A stretch of DNA of 64,000 bases, from IMG/VR virus record IMGVR_UViG_3300014838_000015, positions 1 through 64,000 of that record; one strand, written 5' to 3'. This DNA comes from a virus. The notes under the pieces were generated by a model. That model was not told where the DNA came from. It saw only the letters and a list, made by a program, of their open reading frames with translations, and did not search any database. Positions 47,901 to 57,671 of the stretch are shown piece by piece. The number at the start of each line of letters is the position of its first letter. Position 1 is the stretch's first letter. Position numbers and translations under genes: made by a program.

Positions 47901-49199
47901 CGCAGACGTTATTGCTTTCGTTGTGACTAAAACGCCGTCATACGGCGTACTAATAACCTCTGATAAAGGTGGAAGTTCTGGCAAATTAGATGATAAACTG
48001 AATCTTGAAGCATTTGGATTCAATATCGTCGTTGGATTTGAATCATTACGTTGGTACGATGGATCTACGTCAATGAATTGTAACGTGTGGTATCGTAAAG
48101 CATACGATAACTCAACTAACGTCTGTATCCAAATCTTGCTAGACGCATACACGTTCTGAACGTTATCTTTTGTATATCCTAAACTCGTCAGTGTATCAAC
48201 AAAATCATACGTTGGTGGATGATTTACAGCGATTGATGACGTGTTTCCAGATGAAGTTGGATTTACGTCTGATTGAATTTGTTGAGAATAATTTGCTGCA
48301 CCTAACGTACCAACCTGAGTTACATCAACGGTGTAAATATCGTGTCGTAAATCAAGCTGACTTTTTTGTGATTCAAGTATTCTAACAAGATTTAATAAAA
48401 ATGATGCATCATCCTGTAATGAAGAAAGAGCGATTGAAAAATTAGCTTGAGCCTTAGCAACATCGGCGCTAACGTTGGCATACGTAGCATTTAGCGTTTT
48501 CATCAAACTTTGAGAATTAAACGATCGCATATTTCGCATATAAAATTGAACGTCAAAAAACCTACCTGCGTCAGTCATATATGGATGAATGCCAGCGTTC
48601 TGTAACACATCAGTAAACTTTTGTCCGGAGTGTTGCTTATCATTGATGAACAATGGTTGAAAATTTGTGATCATAACAACTTCAGGACGTTCCTGAGAAA
48701 TACCTGTCAATTGTTCATATGGTTGAAATTTCGTAGTTGTTGTAATAAATGAAGAATTCTGTCTTAAATCATAATCTTTTCCACGCCATAATGAAAGATT
48801 ATATGTTGGTAAAATTTTTGCAATTGATACTATTGTAGCCGCTGTACGAGTGGGTGTAGTTGCTGCAGCCGCTGCCGCAGCAGCTTTTCCCGCAGCGGCA
48901 CCAGCTGCAGCTCCAGCGGCTGCCTGAGATGCAGATGTTGAAACAATCTTTGCCGTAGTACTCAGCGCTTGAGCTACTTCTTCTAAAGAAGAAGATGATG
49001 AAGTTTGCGTTACACTACCAATGGCTGTTTTAACAAGTGATAACGTAGTAGAAGCAGCTTGACTGGGTGATGTCTTTCCTAAAATTGTTGAACTTTGTGA
49101 TTGATTTGCAATTATTGCAAGAGGATTCGTTGTAGGTTGCAATGAAACGTTGCCGAGGTTCACAAACGAACCATTGTTTGCTAGCAACGAACTGATCAT
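44904..49199 (-). CDS. Large Ser/Thr/Asn-rich virion protein
   Basis: 1431-aa ORF coupled in the structural block. Confidence 0.55.
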   Translation of the reverse strand: MISSLLANNGSFVNLGNVSLQPTTNPLAIIANQSQSSTILGKTSPSQAASTTLSLVKTAIGSVTQTSSSSSLEEVAQALSTTAKIVSTSASQAAAGAAAGAAAGKAAAAAAAATTPTRTAATIVSIAKILPTYNLSLWRGKDYDLRQNSSFITTTTKFQPYEQLTGISQERPEVVMITNFQPLFINDKQHSGQKFTDVLQNAGIHPYMTDAGRFFDVQFYMRNMRSFNSQSLMKTLNATYANVSADVAKAQANFSIALSSLQDDASFLLNLVRILESQKSQLDLRHDIYTVDVTQVGTLGAANYSQQIQSDVNPTSSGNTSSIAVNHPPTYDFVDTLTSLGYTKDNVQNVYASSKIWIQTLVELSYALRYHTLQFIDVDPSYQRNDSNPTTILNPNASRFSLSSNLPELPPLSEVISTPYDGVLVTTKAITSAFNSLYQNVPFKDQEARIAALAHLLSTEYRYSNGLALKTVQQTLNKYYNFTVVPTFANSTIFDSIIGNFGNNITDFPTQQINSLVSIGQQVAGATGVLTFESKYVEGDTGTLSPGGDYFFDQVLQVNGTSFDTKNIDTFVTTLQNSINSFNIITDKLNLLANPLDYVSTSTNVSQQDLMTAGKLITLLSNQLLDSTNETSAMLKTDKLAAVFHHAFYYPDLKSSLFVYIMTLISRSYGENITYVNNMSNVSNITTPLSNAKVATSVSSMVSNEIAFENTPLMDTLVDVILNSLLATIPTSKSSLTLNERQGITFATTANGFETALRQRSQLVTWVMQMMGKILSQLRVDSGAITGSYTLFNGYIDTSIMMVAFDLIISMIAKYGSQSIVGTTKSVGNITSSTVNYIISTNSINHKNSINEVMQRVNGEDARVQQLVLTVTNTLSTLKASLAGVSNYLNSSDVNSKMLEIYGILNNDNQMMQMLFSEQQIMLLAASVQNLLAATSETSGTKQPSSPSDANNFEEITILDESQISQATHDAVLGYLGQDEFASNRGTNKRILSVGIPLGFTQRIKQKVNIQKQGRASFENRRNDIVNVCVYKVDMINSDIVYKPLKFMFELSRFPVKVSTSQWLPIPQKPSLSDIVNSIPTLNFSQNVDISTSTAITNGIEYASSVVAGADGIKNARVAFDDDSYSFLTVNQKASILNNHIVSQLLEAYIHLMTGLSVAESDFDMVDSMQPVDQTLVKTLLEHSMQHVSDVVKQKSTSTQSQSNVTGGVMFSTTNVRPTATSILQGSVSPLSITQSQLSNPSGIAGNVSLSSRLKNIQSANVPIKTLQQVTVTGNVGNNLSTISSRNAPVVAETLRTISSLSNTMSTISSPLAVNQKLINPKQFDRIFNVVVDPTAFDIDVARTTATPFGRQALNLMIKNGDVVPATENDVALSSTTQIGTNQITPGGRSFIQNRSSPNVNSWKYRDRDTNQGDVTADKYFITIETFDEGT

Positions 49200-51673
49200 G
49201 ATGCATCCACAATAATAGTATTTGATGTAACTGCAACACCAACGTTATAATCATTCATCACTGGCGTTACCACATAAGAAATACCACCATCATCGTGTTT
49301 TGTAACCTGATGAAAGTACTGACATGCCGTCGTTGGAAACTGTGAATGAGCTTTTCCTATCAGTGTCTTCACTCCATTCACCAACTTAAACACCAAAAAA
49401 TGATCAACCTGTGTAATATCACCATTCGCCTGCCACGATATGATGTTAAGATCACGGTTGAAGTTTGTTGCAGTTAAATTCGACACCAATGACGTACTAA
49501 TGTTAAATGACACATTGACAGTGACCAAAGATCCAACAATACCAAATGACATTGGATCCTTTGCATAACGTTGACTAGCACCCTGCGTCGAAACTAACAC
49601 TCCTCGTGTCAACGCTAACGGATGTAAAAACTTTGCAGGCGAAAATGAGTACGGCTTCTTTGTTGTTGGATCAATAGACGTCTTTACAAACCCATCAAAC
49701 ATCGTTTCAGATGCTCGAAGTAACGGATAAATTTCATACCTGTACAAATGACTATATTGTAATGGATCTATCGCTCTGTTTTTTCTAAGCGCTGAATCAT
49801 CAAAGTTATTTGTTGTAATCGTTCCAAAATCCTCACGTTTTCCCGTTGATAAATCGACGCGTTGAACGCTGTACGCAATAAGTTTTTGCAATTGATCACG
49901 TTGTGATTGAACATCACCTTGAAAATACTGTTGCAAATTCTGATTTGTTAACATCTGCGTAATTTGATCCATGTCAGTTGCAGCGGTTGTTGCAGCGATC
50001 GTAAACGTTACGTTAGGTGCAGTCATGGTATCGCTAACGGCCAAATTTGTAGTTGTTACAGAAACCTGACCCGGTGCTGGTTTGACAAATTCTAACGTAA
50101 CATCACCAAAATCCTCTGTCACGCCGTTCGTGTAAATTAATCTTGCAACGTATCTATAAATGTTAGAATCAAACACGTTGTTATCAACGATCACGACCAA
50201 ATCAGCAGCGCGTGTGGCATCATCAATGAAAGCAACGTCACCGTTCACTGTTGTGTATAGTTTATCAAACGTTGTCATGTTCCATCTAAGCAGTTGAATT
50301 GCAATGACTTTCGTTGGCAACTTACGCATCTCTATTTGAATACCTTCGTTCACCTGAACACCTGTCAACGCAATGCTACGCAATGGTGTATACCTCAACG
50401 GTTTAACGACGGCATTATTAAATTCAAATCCAAGCGTTGCTTGAACACCAACAGGTATTGCCCTATAAATCGTCGGACAAGATTGAGGAACATCAATCTG
50501 CACCTGCAACGCTTGATCACGTGACGTTAGTGAATACGTACCTATCAATGAATAAGAATCAAGATCAGATGATGCAACGAAGATTGATTTTTTATAAATA
50601 CTAACAGATGTCGCTCCTGGATCGTTTTGTTTAACACGAAGCGTAGCATACGTTGACGCCGCCGAAACAGACGTTTTAAGCGTTGGCGGCAATTTCGGCG
50701 TATTATAAACCTGTATTTCTTTCGTAATATCAAGAGTTTTAATGACAGTGTCTATTGGTTCATTTGAATTTGAATTTAATAAATCAAATTGAACAAATAC
50801 TTTTGTGAGATCAGCATTCTCAAGTTTTAATTTTGATTGCAATAACGTAACGTTGACAGGAACTTCAACTGTGCTACTCGTTATCGTTGATAACACCGTG
50901 ACAAGATCGTTGTCGATGAGTTGATCAGTGTTTGTTGGCGGAACTGATAACGACGTTGGAAACACGTGATAGTTTAATAACTGTGAAGCTGGGTCGGTTG
51001 TTTTTTCAAGTGCAGTAGACGTGTTAGACAATCCACCACGCGTTGAAATTTCATCCTGTGATCGTGACGTCAATTGAGAAATGTACGTTGGATCGAGTCC
51101 CTGTCTAACGAGCATGTCATACATCAACGTACGTAAATCAATGATTGTATTGGAAGCTATCACATTCTGAAGATCAGGAACGGCGGCTGAATTAGCAATC
51201 CTTTGTAAGACTGGTTGCGAGTTGTTTGTGTTTTTGATGTCACCAGCTTTAACAACGTTCAATTGTGGCGTGTTCAGTTGTTGTATGTTTTCACTTGGTA
51301 CCTGAGCTAACATCTGCTGAATGACTTCATTATTAACAAAACTCATGATGTTACTATTATTTGAAGCAATAACGTACTTGTCTCGTTGTTGAACGGCTGT
51401 TTTTGCATCAGGAAGCAAAGATCTAACGTTATTGATGATTGATTTATTATCGATAATTCCTCGTTGAGTTAACCCCAACAAATCTTTTGAGTGAACGTAC
51501 CTGCTAAGCACCGTTACAGCAACAACGTTTGCATTGTAGTTTAGAACGGTGCTAGGATTGACTGAATACGTAAATTGAAATTGCAGATTGCCATCAGGAG
51601 AAATTGACACGAGTTCAGCATAATCATCATCAATTGTGATTAAATTCGCTATTTGCTGGTACCTGAAGTACAT
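49196..51673 (-). CDS. Virion structural protein (beta-rich repeats)
   Basis: 825-aa ORF with repeated Y.Y strands; coupled. Confidence 0.55.
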   Translation of the reverse strand: MYFRYQQIANLITIDDDYAELVSISPDGNLQFQFTYSVNPSTVLNYNANVVAVTVLSRYVHSKDLLGLTQRGIIDNKSIINNVRSLLPDAKTAVQQRDKYVIASNNSNIMSFVNNEVIQQMLAQVPSENIQQLNTPQLNVVKAGDIKNTNNSQPVLQRIANSAAVPDLQNVIASNTIIDLRTLMYDMLVRQGLDPTYISQLTSRSQDEISTRGGLSNTSTALEKTTDPASQLLNYHVFPTSLSVPPTNTDQLIDNDLVTVLSTITSSTVEVPVNVTLLQSKLKLENADLTKVFVQFDLLNSNSNEPIDTVIKTLDITKEIQVYNTPKLPPTLKTSVSAASTYATLRVKQNDPGATSVSIYKKSIFVASSDLDSYSLIGTYSLTSRDQALQVQIDVPQSCPTIYRAIPVGVQATLGFEFNNAVVKPLRYTPLRSIALTGVQVNEGIQIEMRKLPTKVIAIQLLRWNMTTFDKLYTTVNGDVAFIDDATRAADLVVIVDNNVFDSNIYRYVARLIYTNGVTEDFGDVTLEFVKPAPGQVSVTTTNLAVSDTMTAPNVTFTIAATTAATDMDQITQMLTNQNLQQYFQGDVQSQRDQLQKLIAYSVQRVDLSTGKREDFGTITTNNFDDSALRKNRAIDPLQYSHLYRYEIYPLLRASETMFDGFVKTSIDPTTKKPYSFSPAKFLHPLALTRGVLVSTQGASQRYAKDPMSFGIVGSLVTVNVSFNISTSLVSNLTATNFNRDLNIISWQANGDITQVDHFLVFKLVNGVKTLIGKAHSQFPTTACQYFHQVTKHDDGGISYVVTPVMNDYNVGVAVTSNTIIVDAS

Positions 51674-51675
51674 GT

Positions 51676-52671
51676 TTACTCGAATACCAAGGTGAATAGG
51701 TGAATGAACGTATCGGATCCCTTTTCATCGATCATAACCTTGCCAACAAAGTAAATGTGTGATGTTGGCGCTGATCTATCACCGGTTCGATGCATGCCAA
51801 AATCAACGACGTCAAGCTTTCGTAACGTATCATAATTCTTTTCAAAAAATTGACCAAACACGTTGTTCTTCAACGATGTTGGATCAAACGATATTTGTCG
51901 CATGTAACCTAATGACTCATAATATCCCAGTTCGTTTTTGATTTGAGCATACGTTAAAGACGCAACTGTTGAAGCACCAAGAGTTGGATACGTTGCAAGT
52001 TGACTTTTCGCCATTGCATCAAAATCATCCAAATTTCCAGTAGTTTTATTGACTGGAGGGAGATACGCAAAATTTGGCATGTGACTAAATCGTGGATCGC
52101 TAAAAATACTATCGAGCGAAGTGACATGCGTTGAGTACAAATCAGGATCAGATATTGGTCTATTGCTGTTTAACGTGAAAGTGATATCGCTAGGACCTGC
52201 TGCAAACCCATCATCTTCAAACGTCATGTCATGAGTTGCTACTACCATCAATTTATTGAAATTACCCAACGAATTTCCCAGCAACTGTCCAGTTAGATCA
52301 GAAAATGAATTACCTTGCGAAGCTGCAACATTCTGATCACCACCAATGATCGTACCAGAAACTCCTGAATACGTGTACGCAAGTATCTTTCCAGGCGATT
52401 GTGGAATGCCATCTGCGTTGCTAAACGGTAAAACGTTTCCTGCATCGTCGGCTCGAAACGTCACCTGATCCTGAGGCAATTGACACGCTTCAAAGTAGAT
52501 CCTTTGCGTGGCATCTTGACTACCGCTTTGAATGTCAGCCTTGTAAAACGTCGTTGAATCGCTAAACGACACGTACGAAACATCAACACCACCCTGCGAT
52601 AGTTGCCGACGGCCTTCTAACGTGAGGATGGTGTCTAAAACACGCGATTTATTATCAAGAATTCCACCCAT
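51676..52671 (-). CDS. Virion structural protein, N-terminal paralog of 41242-41958
   Basis: MGGILDN...LDTILT..GR..L motif. Confidence 0.55.
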   Translation of the reverse strand: MGGILDNKSRVLDTILTLEGRRQLSQGGVDVSYVSFSDSTTFYKADIQSGSQDATQRIYFEACQLPQDQVTFRADDAGNVLPFSNADGIPQSPGKILAYTYSGVSGTIIGGDQNVAASQGNSFSDLTGQLLGNSLGNFNKLMVVATHDMTFEDDGFAAGPSDITFTLNSNRPISDPDLYSTHVTSLDSIFSDPRFSHMPNFAYLPPVNKTTGNLDDFDAMAKSQLATYPTLGASTVASLTYAQIKNELGYYESLGYMRQISFDPTSLKNNVFGQFFEKNYDTLRKLDVVDFGMHRTGDRSAPTSHIYFVGKVMIDEKGSDTFIHLFTLVFE

Positions 52672-52715
52672 GACGGTCTACTGTACGTATCCCGATGGCG
52701 AACCTTCAAGGCACA

Positions 52716-54110
52716 TCACAGAATCTTAGAAGCAATGGTAGCTAACTCGCTTCGCTCACCCTTTATGAGCGTGATGTGACCCGCAATTTTTTGATCCTTA
52801 AACCTCTCAACTGCACACGTTAAACCATTGGTAAAAACATCAACATGTACGTTGTCGATCTGTTCAATGTCACCCGTCAATACGATCTTTGTTCCCTCAC
52901 CAGCACGCGTGATGATTGTCTTTAGTTCATGCATTGAAAGGTTTTGAGCTTCATCAATCACTATGAATGCCTTCGGTATAGATCTTCCCCTGATGAACGT
53001 TATCGCTTCAATTTCAATGAGACCACGATCCTGCATCATCGCAAGATATGCATCATCATTTGAAATTGGTTTATCAGATTGACCCGTTGCACGTTTTCTC
53101 TTTGGCCTATCACGTTTATATTCCATCAAAAAGTTCAAATTATCACGTATTGGTGCGATCCACGGTTCCATTTTCTCCTCTAGAGAACCTGGTAGGAATC
53201 CTATGTCGTTGCCAACTGGGTGCACAGGTCTGGTGACTATCAATTTATCATACCTAGGTGTACCTCCCAACGTTTTAAGCTGTTCAAGGCCTGAAGCAAG
53301 AGCAAGCAACGTCTTACCACATCCACTTGGACCTGTCATCGTAAGTAATTTAATGCTTTCGTCCATCAACAAATCCAACGAAAACGACTGTTCTTTATTC
53401 CTTGGAGACAACCCATACGCACTCTCAACCTTTGAGATTGGTACGAGTGGTTTCGTTGAATCGATGAACTTCGTCAACGCTGATTTCGTTGTCTGACCAT
53501 CACAAGTGTTTTTAATGACAACTATCTGATTAGGATAAAACGTGTGTTGCAACAATAAATCGCTAGATAATTGAAGTTGATTGTTTCTATAGAATGAATC
53601 AATGAGTTCCTCTTCAACCTCAACAACGCTAACACCATGATAGAATTTCTGAGGATCATCAGCAACACGCATCTTCAGGTAATCCTGACATGGAACGCCA
53701 ATAGCATCGCACTTCACCCGAACGTTGATGTCCTTTGACACCAGAATGGGGTCACTGCCATATGACGCCGTCCCTAGAATGCTCAACATCAATGCAATGA
53801 TGATGTTATCAGCCTTCGTTGAATCGAACTCGTGGGGCAACTCAGCGCCTTTTTGAAGTGCTAGCACTCGTAACGTTCCACCATTTGGCAGACGAACACC
53901 GTTCGTCAAGCTGTTTCCTGGCATTCGCATATCATCAAGAACGCGATTTACCTGTCTCGCATTCCTACCGACCTCGTCAGGCCTGCTCTTATGCCTATCG
54001 AGCTCCTCTAAAACGATCAGAGGAATCACAACATCATTGTCTTCGAATGCAAAGACAGAATTTGGATCGGAAAGCAATACGTTTGTGTCAACTACGTACG
54101 TTTTCTTCAT
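52716..54110 (-). CDS. phoH: PIN domain + PhoH-family ATPase
   Basis: YVVDTNVL, EELD, DN.I, SKD.N.R; GPSGCGKT, IGFLPG, FIRGRS, IDEAQN, TGD..QID. Confidence 0.93.
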   Translation of the reverse strand: MKKTYVVDTNVLLSDPNSVFAFEDNDVVIPLIVLEELDRHKSRPDEVGRNARQVNRVLDDMRMPGNSLTNGVRLPNGGTLRVLALQKGAELPHEFDSTKADNIIIALMLSILGTASYGSDPILVSKDINVRVKCDAIGVPCQDYLKMRVADDPQKFYHGVSVVEVEEELIDSFYRNNQLQLSSDLLLQHTFYPNQIVVIKNTCDGQTTKSALTKFIDSTKPLVPISKVESAYGLSPRNKEQSFSLDLLMDESIKLLTMTGPSGCGKTLLALASGLEQLKTLGGTPRYDKLIVTRPVHPVGNDIGFLPGSLEEKMEPWIAPIRDNLNFLMEYKRDRPKRKRATGQSDKPISNDDAYLAMMQDRGLIEIEAITFIRGRSIPKAFIVIDEAQNLSMHELKTIITRAGEGTKIVLTGDIEQIDNVHVDVFTNGLTCAVERFKDQKIAGHITLIKGERSELATIASKIL

Positions 54111-54193
54111 GCGTTTTTCACTACTTTCATTTCTCTAATTCGTGATCGACTTGTACACAGATGGCGTCTTCCGTTAGATTATACCTTGTAAGC

Positions 54194-54469
54194 ATGCAAG
54201 AATCAAACAAACGCTTAAATGTCATTGGTGCAGATCGTATCGTTGATGGAACAACGTGTTTTGATGTTCAATCCAAGGCAGGCGTCAGTTGTCAAAGACA
54301 ACGTTGTCCTCATTGGATGGCGTTTGATGAAGGAGGAAATTGCGTACACATTGCATCAAAGATGGGTCCACATACGTTACAACGTATAGGTCAGATCTAC
54401 AATCTGACAAGAATGCGAATCTGTCAGATCGAAAAAAGCATCTTTGATCGTATTCGAAACGATTCGTGA
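54194..54469 (+). CDS. Small Cys-rich protein with sigma-70 region-4-like HTH
   Basis: C..C...C...NC then HTLQRIGQIYNLTRMRICQIEK. Confidence 0.75.
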   Translation: MQESNKRLNVIGADRIVDGTTCFDVQSKAGVSCQRQRCPHWMAFDEGGNCVHIASKMGPHTLQRIGQIYNLTRMRICQIEKSIFDRIRNDS

Positions 54470-54474
54470 TCGTT

Positions 54475-54822
54475 TCACGTTGCTTGCTTAACTTTCTTAT
54501 TTTTCTTGCTGCTAGCAACAACATGAACTTCATCTAGTGCTGGTTGAACGTCGTGTTCAACGAGTTGTTCAGCAATCTGCTGTTCTTGTTTATCTTCAAT
54601 GACGTCAATTGATGTCGATTGTGCGATTGGTTCTACGACATGAAGTTCTTCTTCAATTTGTGGCGGGTCAAGAAAAACCAATGCTGACTTCAATTCAGGT
54701 TGTTCAGGAACAACTGACGTAACGTTAGCAACCAATCGTCCATTATGGGTTCTGGTATGCTTCTCCTTTGGATTGAGGCCAAATTCATGAATGTCACGAA
54801 GTATTGCTTTAGGTGCAGGCAT
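54475..54822 (-). CDS. Hypothetical protein
   Basis: Start MPAPK with GGAG SD; TATTTA at 54838-54843. Confidence 0.55.
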   Translation of the reverse strand: MPAPKAILRDIHEFGLNPKEKHTRTHNGRLVANVTSVVPEQPELKSALVFLDPPQIEEELHVVEPIAQSTSIDVIEDKQEQQIAEQLVEHDVQPALDEVHVVASSKKNKKVKQAT

Positions 54823-54860
54823 AATGATCTCCAGCTCTAAATATGGAGGCCAAGAAACAG

Positions 54861-54889
54861 CAAAACCCCAGCACATCGCCAGGGTTTTG
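54861..54889 (-). terminator. Hairpin terminator
   Basis: CAAAACCCTGGC-GATGT-GCTGGGGTTTTG. Confidence 0.6.
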
Positions 54890-54909
54890 AAGAAACGATC
54901 AATGAACAG

Positions 54910-55122
54910 TTACTTGGCTTTTGCAGCTAACTTATTCGCCTTGTCCTGTTCTAGGCTTGTCTTGACGAGCGAAGAAGCCTTTGCCTTGAGCTCACGAAGA
55001 ACCTTTCGTGCTCGAAGACCTGCAGCCGCATTTCCCTTTGCGTTCTTCACAACATCAAGCTCAAGATCGTCAATGATTGCCTTGATTTCTCCCCACAACG
55101 CGATGATTTGATTTTCGTCCAT
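54910..55122 (-). CDS. Histone H1-like (Hc1-family) small DNA-binding protein
   Basis: KGNAAAGLRARK..RELK motif; GAGG SD. Confidence 0.7.
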   Translation of the reverse strand: MDENQIIALWGEIKAIIDDLELDVVKNAKGNAAAGLRARKVLRELKAKASSLVKTSLEQDKANKLAAKAK

Positions 55123-55207
55123 TGAAACCTCTCTCCAACTAGATATACCACCTTGAGCAGGCCTGTAAAACATTAAGTGCTTTGAATTGCATATAATGTC
55201 AACATTA

Positions 55208-56875
55208 TCATGTCAAGGCACTTGAAAACTCTTCTGGAAACATTGAAGCGTTCTCCCTATAAAACCTTGTCCAGTCGGCGTCGAGTATGTAAGAAACGGC
55301 GTGATCCTTGCTGTTACGAACCGATCTACCTAACGCTTGTATAACCGTTCTTGCAGTTTGACATGCGTACCATTGTTGGTTCTTTGCTTTACGTAACTGA
55401 ATGACTTTATCACCCAAATACGGGTATGGAACCTTACACAAAATTTGAAACCTGCTTACATCATCAGCGAGATCGACGCCCTCCGTCATCGAAGGACTTA
55501 CAAGCACGGTTGGTTCGACGCTATCCTTGTGAAATTGTATCGTTTCATCACGATTGTCGCTATTGTGAAGCAACAACCTCTTTGATCCAACGTTATCAAT
55601 TATATATTGAGCTATCTTATACGATACACAGTGTATTATTCCCTTCTCTTTTACGTGCAATTCAAGCAAATCCTTGATCGTTGATACAATGTTTGGCAAC
55701 GTTTGATCAATGCATCTCATTGACATGCTACCGACGCCGAGGTAATGAATTGGTCTGTTCTCCTTCGGAAACGGCGATGGAATGTCAAGAAATGAGACTT
55801 CATTCAAAGGAACGCCGACTGACTTACAAAATGTATCTTTGTCAACGATCGTTGCTGACATCATCAAAATGCGTGAACCCAATTCATAAAGGTGATCGTA
55901 CCCAAATGATGATACGTCAACAGGTTTAAACTCGAACTTTCGATTGCTTTTTTTGTCTTTTTGCGTTGATTTGATGTAATTCATGATCCAGTTGTCTGGA
56001 TTATACGATTCAATGAATCTATTCACCTTGCATATGTGCTTATCAAGCATCTCGTGACGTTTGCTGTGTTCAACAAGACCCGTCGAGTCGTCCGTGTTAA
56101 AACATGAATCTAACTTGGATTTAACATCACTTATGTGTTTAAGAAGATTTTTCCTGTATGCACCCTTGATCCAAGCAAACGTCGCAGCGTCAGAATCTAA
56201 CTTCGGTACTCGACATCCCAACACGGTACGTGCAAACCTTTCAGAAAACGTTACCTCAATGAACCTTGATAGTTCGTTTTCTATGTTATGAGCTTCATCG
56301 ATCACAAGTAATGCCCTAGGACCTAACTGACCTGCGTACATCGTCTCTGCAAGAAAGTACGAAAAGTTCGTTATTCCCAATGGGAACTCAATGAATTCTT
56401 GCTTATCAATGACGTATGGACAGTTACCCTTGCAACACTTGTGAAACTCTGTACCATTGACCTGATCGCCTAGTTGTTTGAGCAAACGCCTTGACTCTGC
56501 ACACGATTGATCGGTGTAAAACCTACACTTATAATTGCTTGATGACTTGAGCGATCTCATCATATTTCGACCAGATGTCGGTCCAAAATCATCCATGTAC
56601 TGTTGTTGCAACAGTTTTTGCGTCGTTAAAACATACGAGCCGGTTGTCTCTTCGCCCTTATCATCGTACGTTTTGCCACCGTTTGAGTTGAGGTACCTTG
56701 CTACAGTGACACCAATTATTGATTTTCCAACTCCTGTACCTGCTTGCAAAATTACATAACGTTTTCTTTCATTGATGAAAGAATTCAAAATGAAATTAAT
56801 TGCCTTTTCCTGTTCAGACCTCACGCTTTTGAACGGAAAAAATTCCTGCCAATCACGAATCGTAATTTCTTTCAC
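55208..56875 (-). CDS. DinG/Rad3-like SF2 helicase with Fe-S cysteines
   Basis: Q motif R.EQ, AGTGVGKS, Cys cluster, DEAH, MSAT, EGVD, KVPYP, QALGRSVR. Confidence 0.9.
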   Translation of the reverse strand: MKEITIRDWQEFFPFKSVRSEQEKAINFILNSFINERKRYVILQAGTGVGKSIIGVTVARYLNSNGGKTYDDKGEETTGSYVLTTQKLLQQQYMDDFGPTSGRNMMRSLKSSSNYKCRFYTDQSCAESRRLLKQLGDQVNGTEFHKCCKGNCPYVIDKQEFIEFPLGITNFSYFLAETMYAGQLGPRALLVIDEAHNIENELSRFIEVTFSERFARTVLGCRVPKLDSDAATFAWIKGAYRKNLLKHISDVKSKLDSCFNTDDSTGLVEHSKRHEMLDKHICKVNRFIESYNPDNWIMNYIKSTQKDKKSNRKFEFKPVDVSSFGYDHLYELGSRILMMSATIVDKDTFCKSVGVPLNEVSFLDIPSPFPKENRPIHYLGVGSMSMRCIDQTLPNIVSTIKDLLELHVKEKGIIHCVSYKIAQYIIDNVGSKRLLLHNSDNRDETIQFHKDSVEPTVLVSPSMTEGVDLADDVSRFQILCKVPYPYLGDKVIQLRKAKNQQWYACQTARTVIQALGRSVRNSKDHAVSYILDADWTRFYRENASMFPEEFSSALT

Positions 56876-56907
56876 TGTGTTGAAAGATTACCACATAACA
56901 CACGGTT

Positions 56908-57159
56908 TTACACAGCATTATCATCAACGAACTCAGCTTTTCCTATGAGAAATAAATCATCGCCACCAACATCACGAACAACGCTTGTCAACGTTTGCAT
57001 CTGTTCAACGTTTTCAAGCTCCTGTGCCAACAGATAAATTACCATCAACACCTGACGTTGTGAGACGCCAAAATTGCTTATTTCTCGTGCAATCTGACGA
57101 CAAACTTGATTTTCTTCTGCACGTTTTTCAGACTCTAGTTTGCTGTACAATTCACTCAT
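56908..57159 (-). CDS. Hypothetical protein
   Basis: Coupled ORF. Confidence 0.6.
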   Translation of the reverse strand: MSELYSKLESEKRAEENQVCRQIAREISNFGVSQRQVLMVIYLLAQELENVEQMQTLTSVVRDVGGDDLFLIGKAEFVDDNAV

Positions 57160-57620
57160 TTGATAATCTCCTCTCGAACGAAAGGTTCAACCTTGAACAT
57201 GTTCTCTCCCAAAATTCGTACGTACTTACCTTGCCTCGTACCTGATTCTTCATCCATCGTAAGCACCACAAAATTTCCCCATTGCTTGTTTTCATAAATG
57301 TATTGAACGTATTCCCACGTTGCAATGTCTGCATTGTTGGATTCAAGCAAATCAGATAATCTAGCGGGCAATGATAATTTAATATCATCAATCGTTACAA
57401 TAGATTTCATCTCTTCACGACCCTGAACAATTTCTGACTTATTGATTTCAGTCACTCTGTGAACAATCCCACAATTATTACACGTAACGAACTTCTGTTC
57501 AACAACATCGTCATCAATTATTGAAAAAACAACGAATTGATGTGATGGTGGATTCTGTTGACGTTTGAATTGCTGCAAAATGCACCTACACGTGATGAGA
57601 TGCTTTAATCCTGTTACCAT
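57156..57620 (-). CDS. Zn-ribbon hypothetical protein
   Basis: CRC...CNNCG..H; -10 TACAGT 6 nt before the ATG. Confidence 0.6.
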   Translation of the reverse strand: MVTGLKHLITCRCILQQFKRQQNPPSHQFVVFSIIDDDVVEQKFVTCNNCGIVHRVTEINKSEIVQGREEMKSIVTIDDIKLSLPARLSDLLESNNADIATWEYVQYIYENKQWGNFVVLTMDEESGTRQGKYVRILGENMFKVEPFVREEIIK

Positions 57621-57671
57621 GCATAGACTGTAACGTCCTACTTAGCAAAAGTAAACCACAGGAACAAAACA

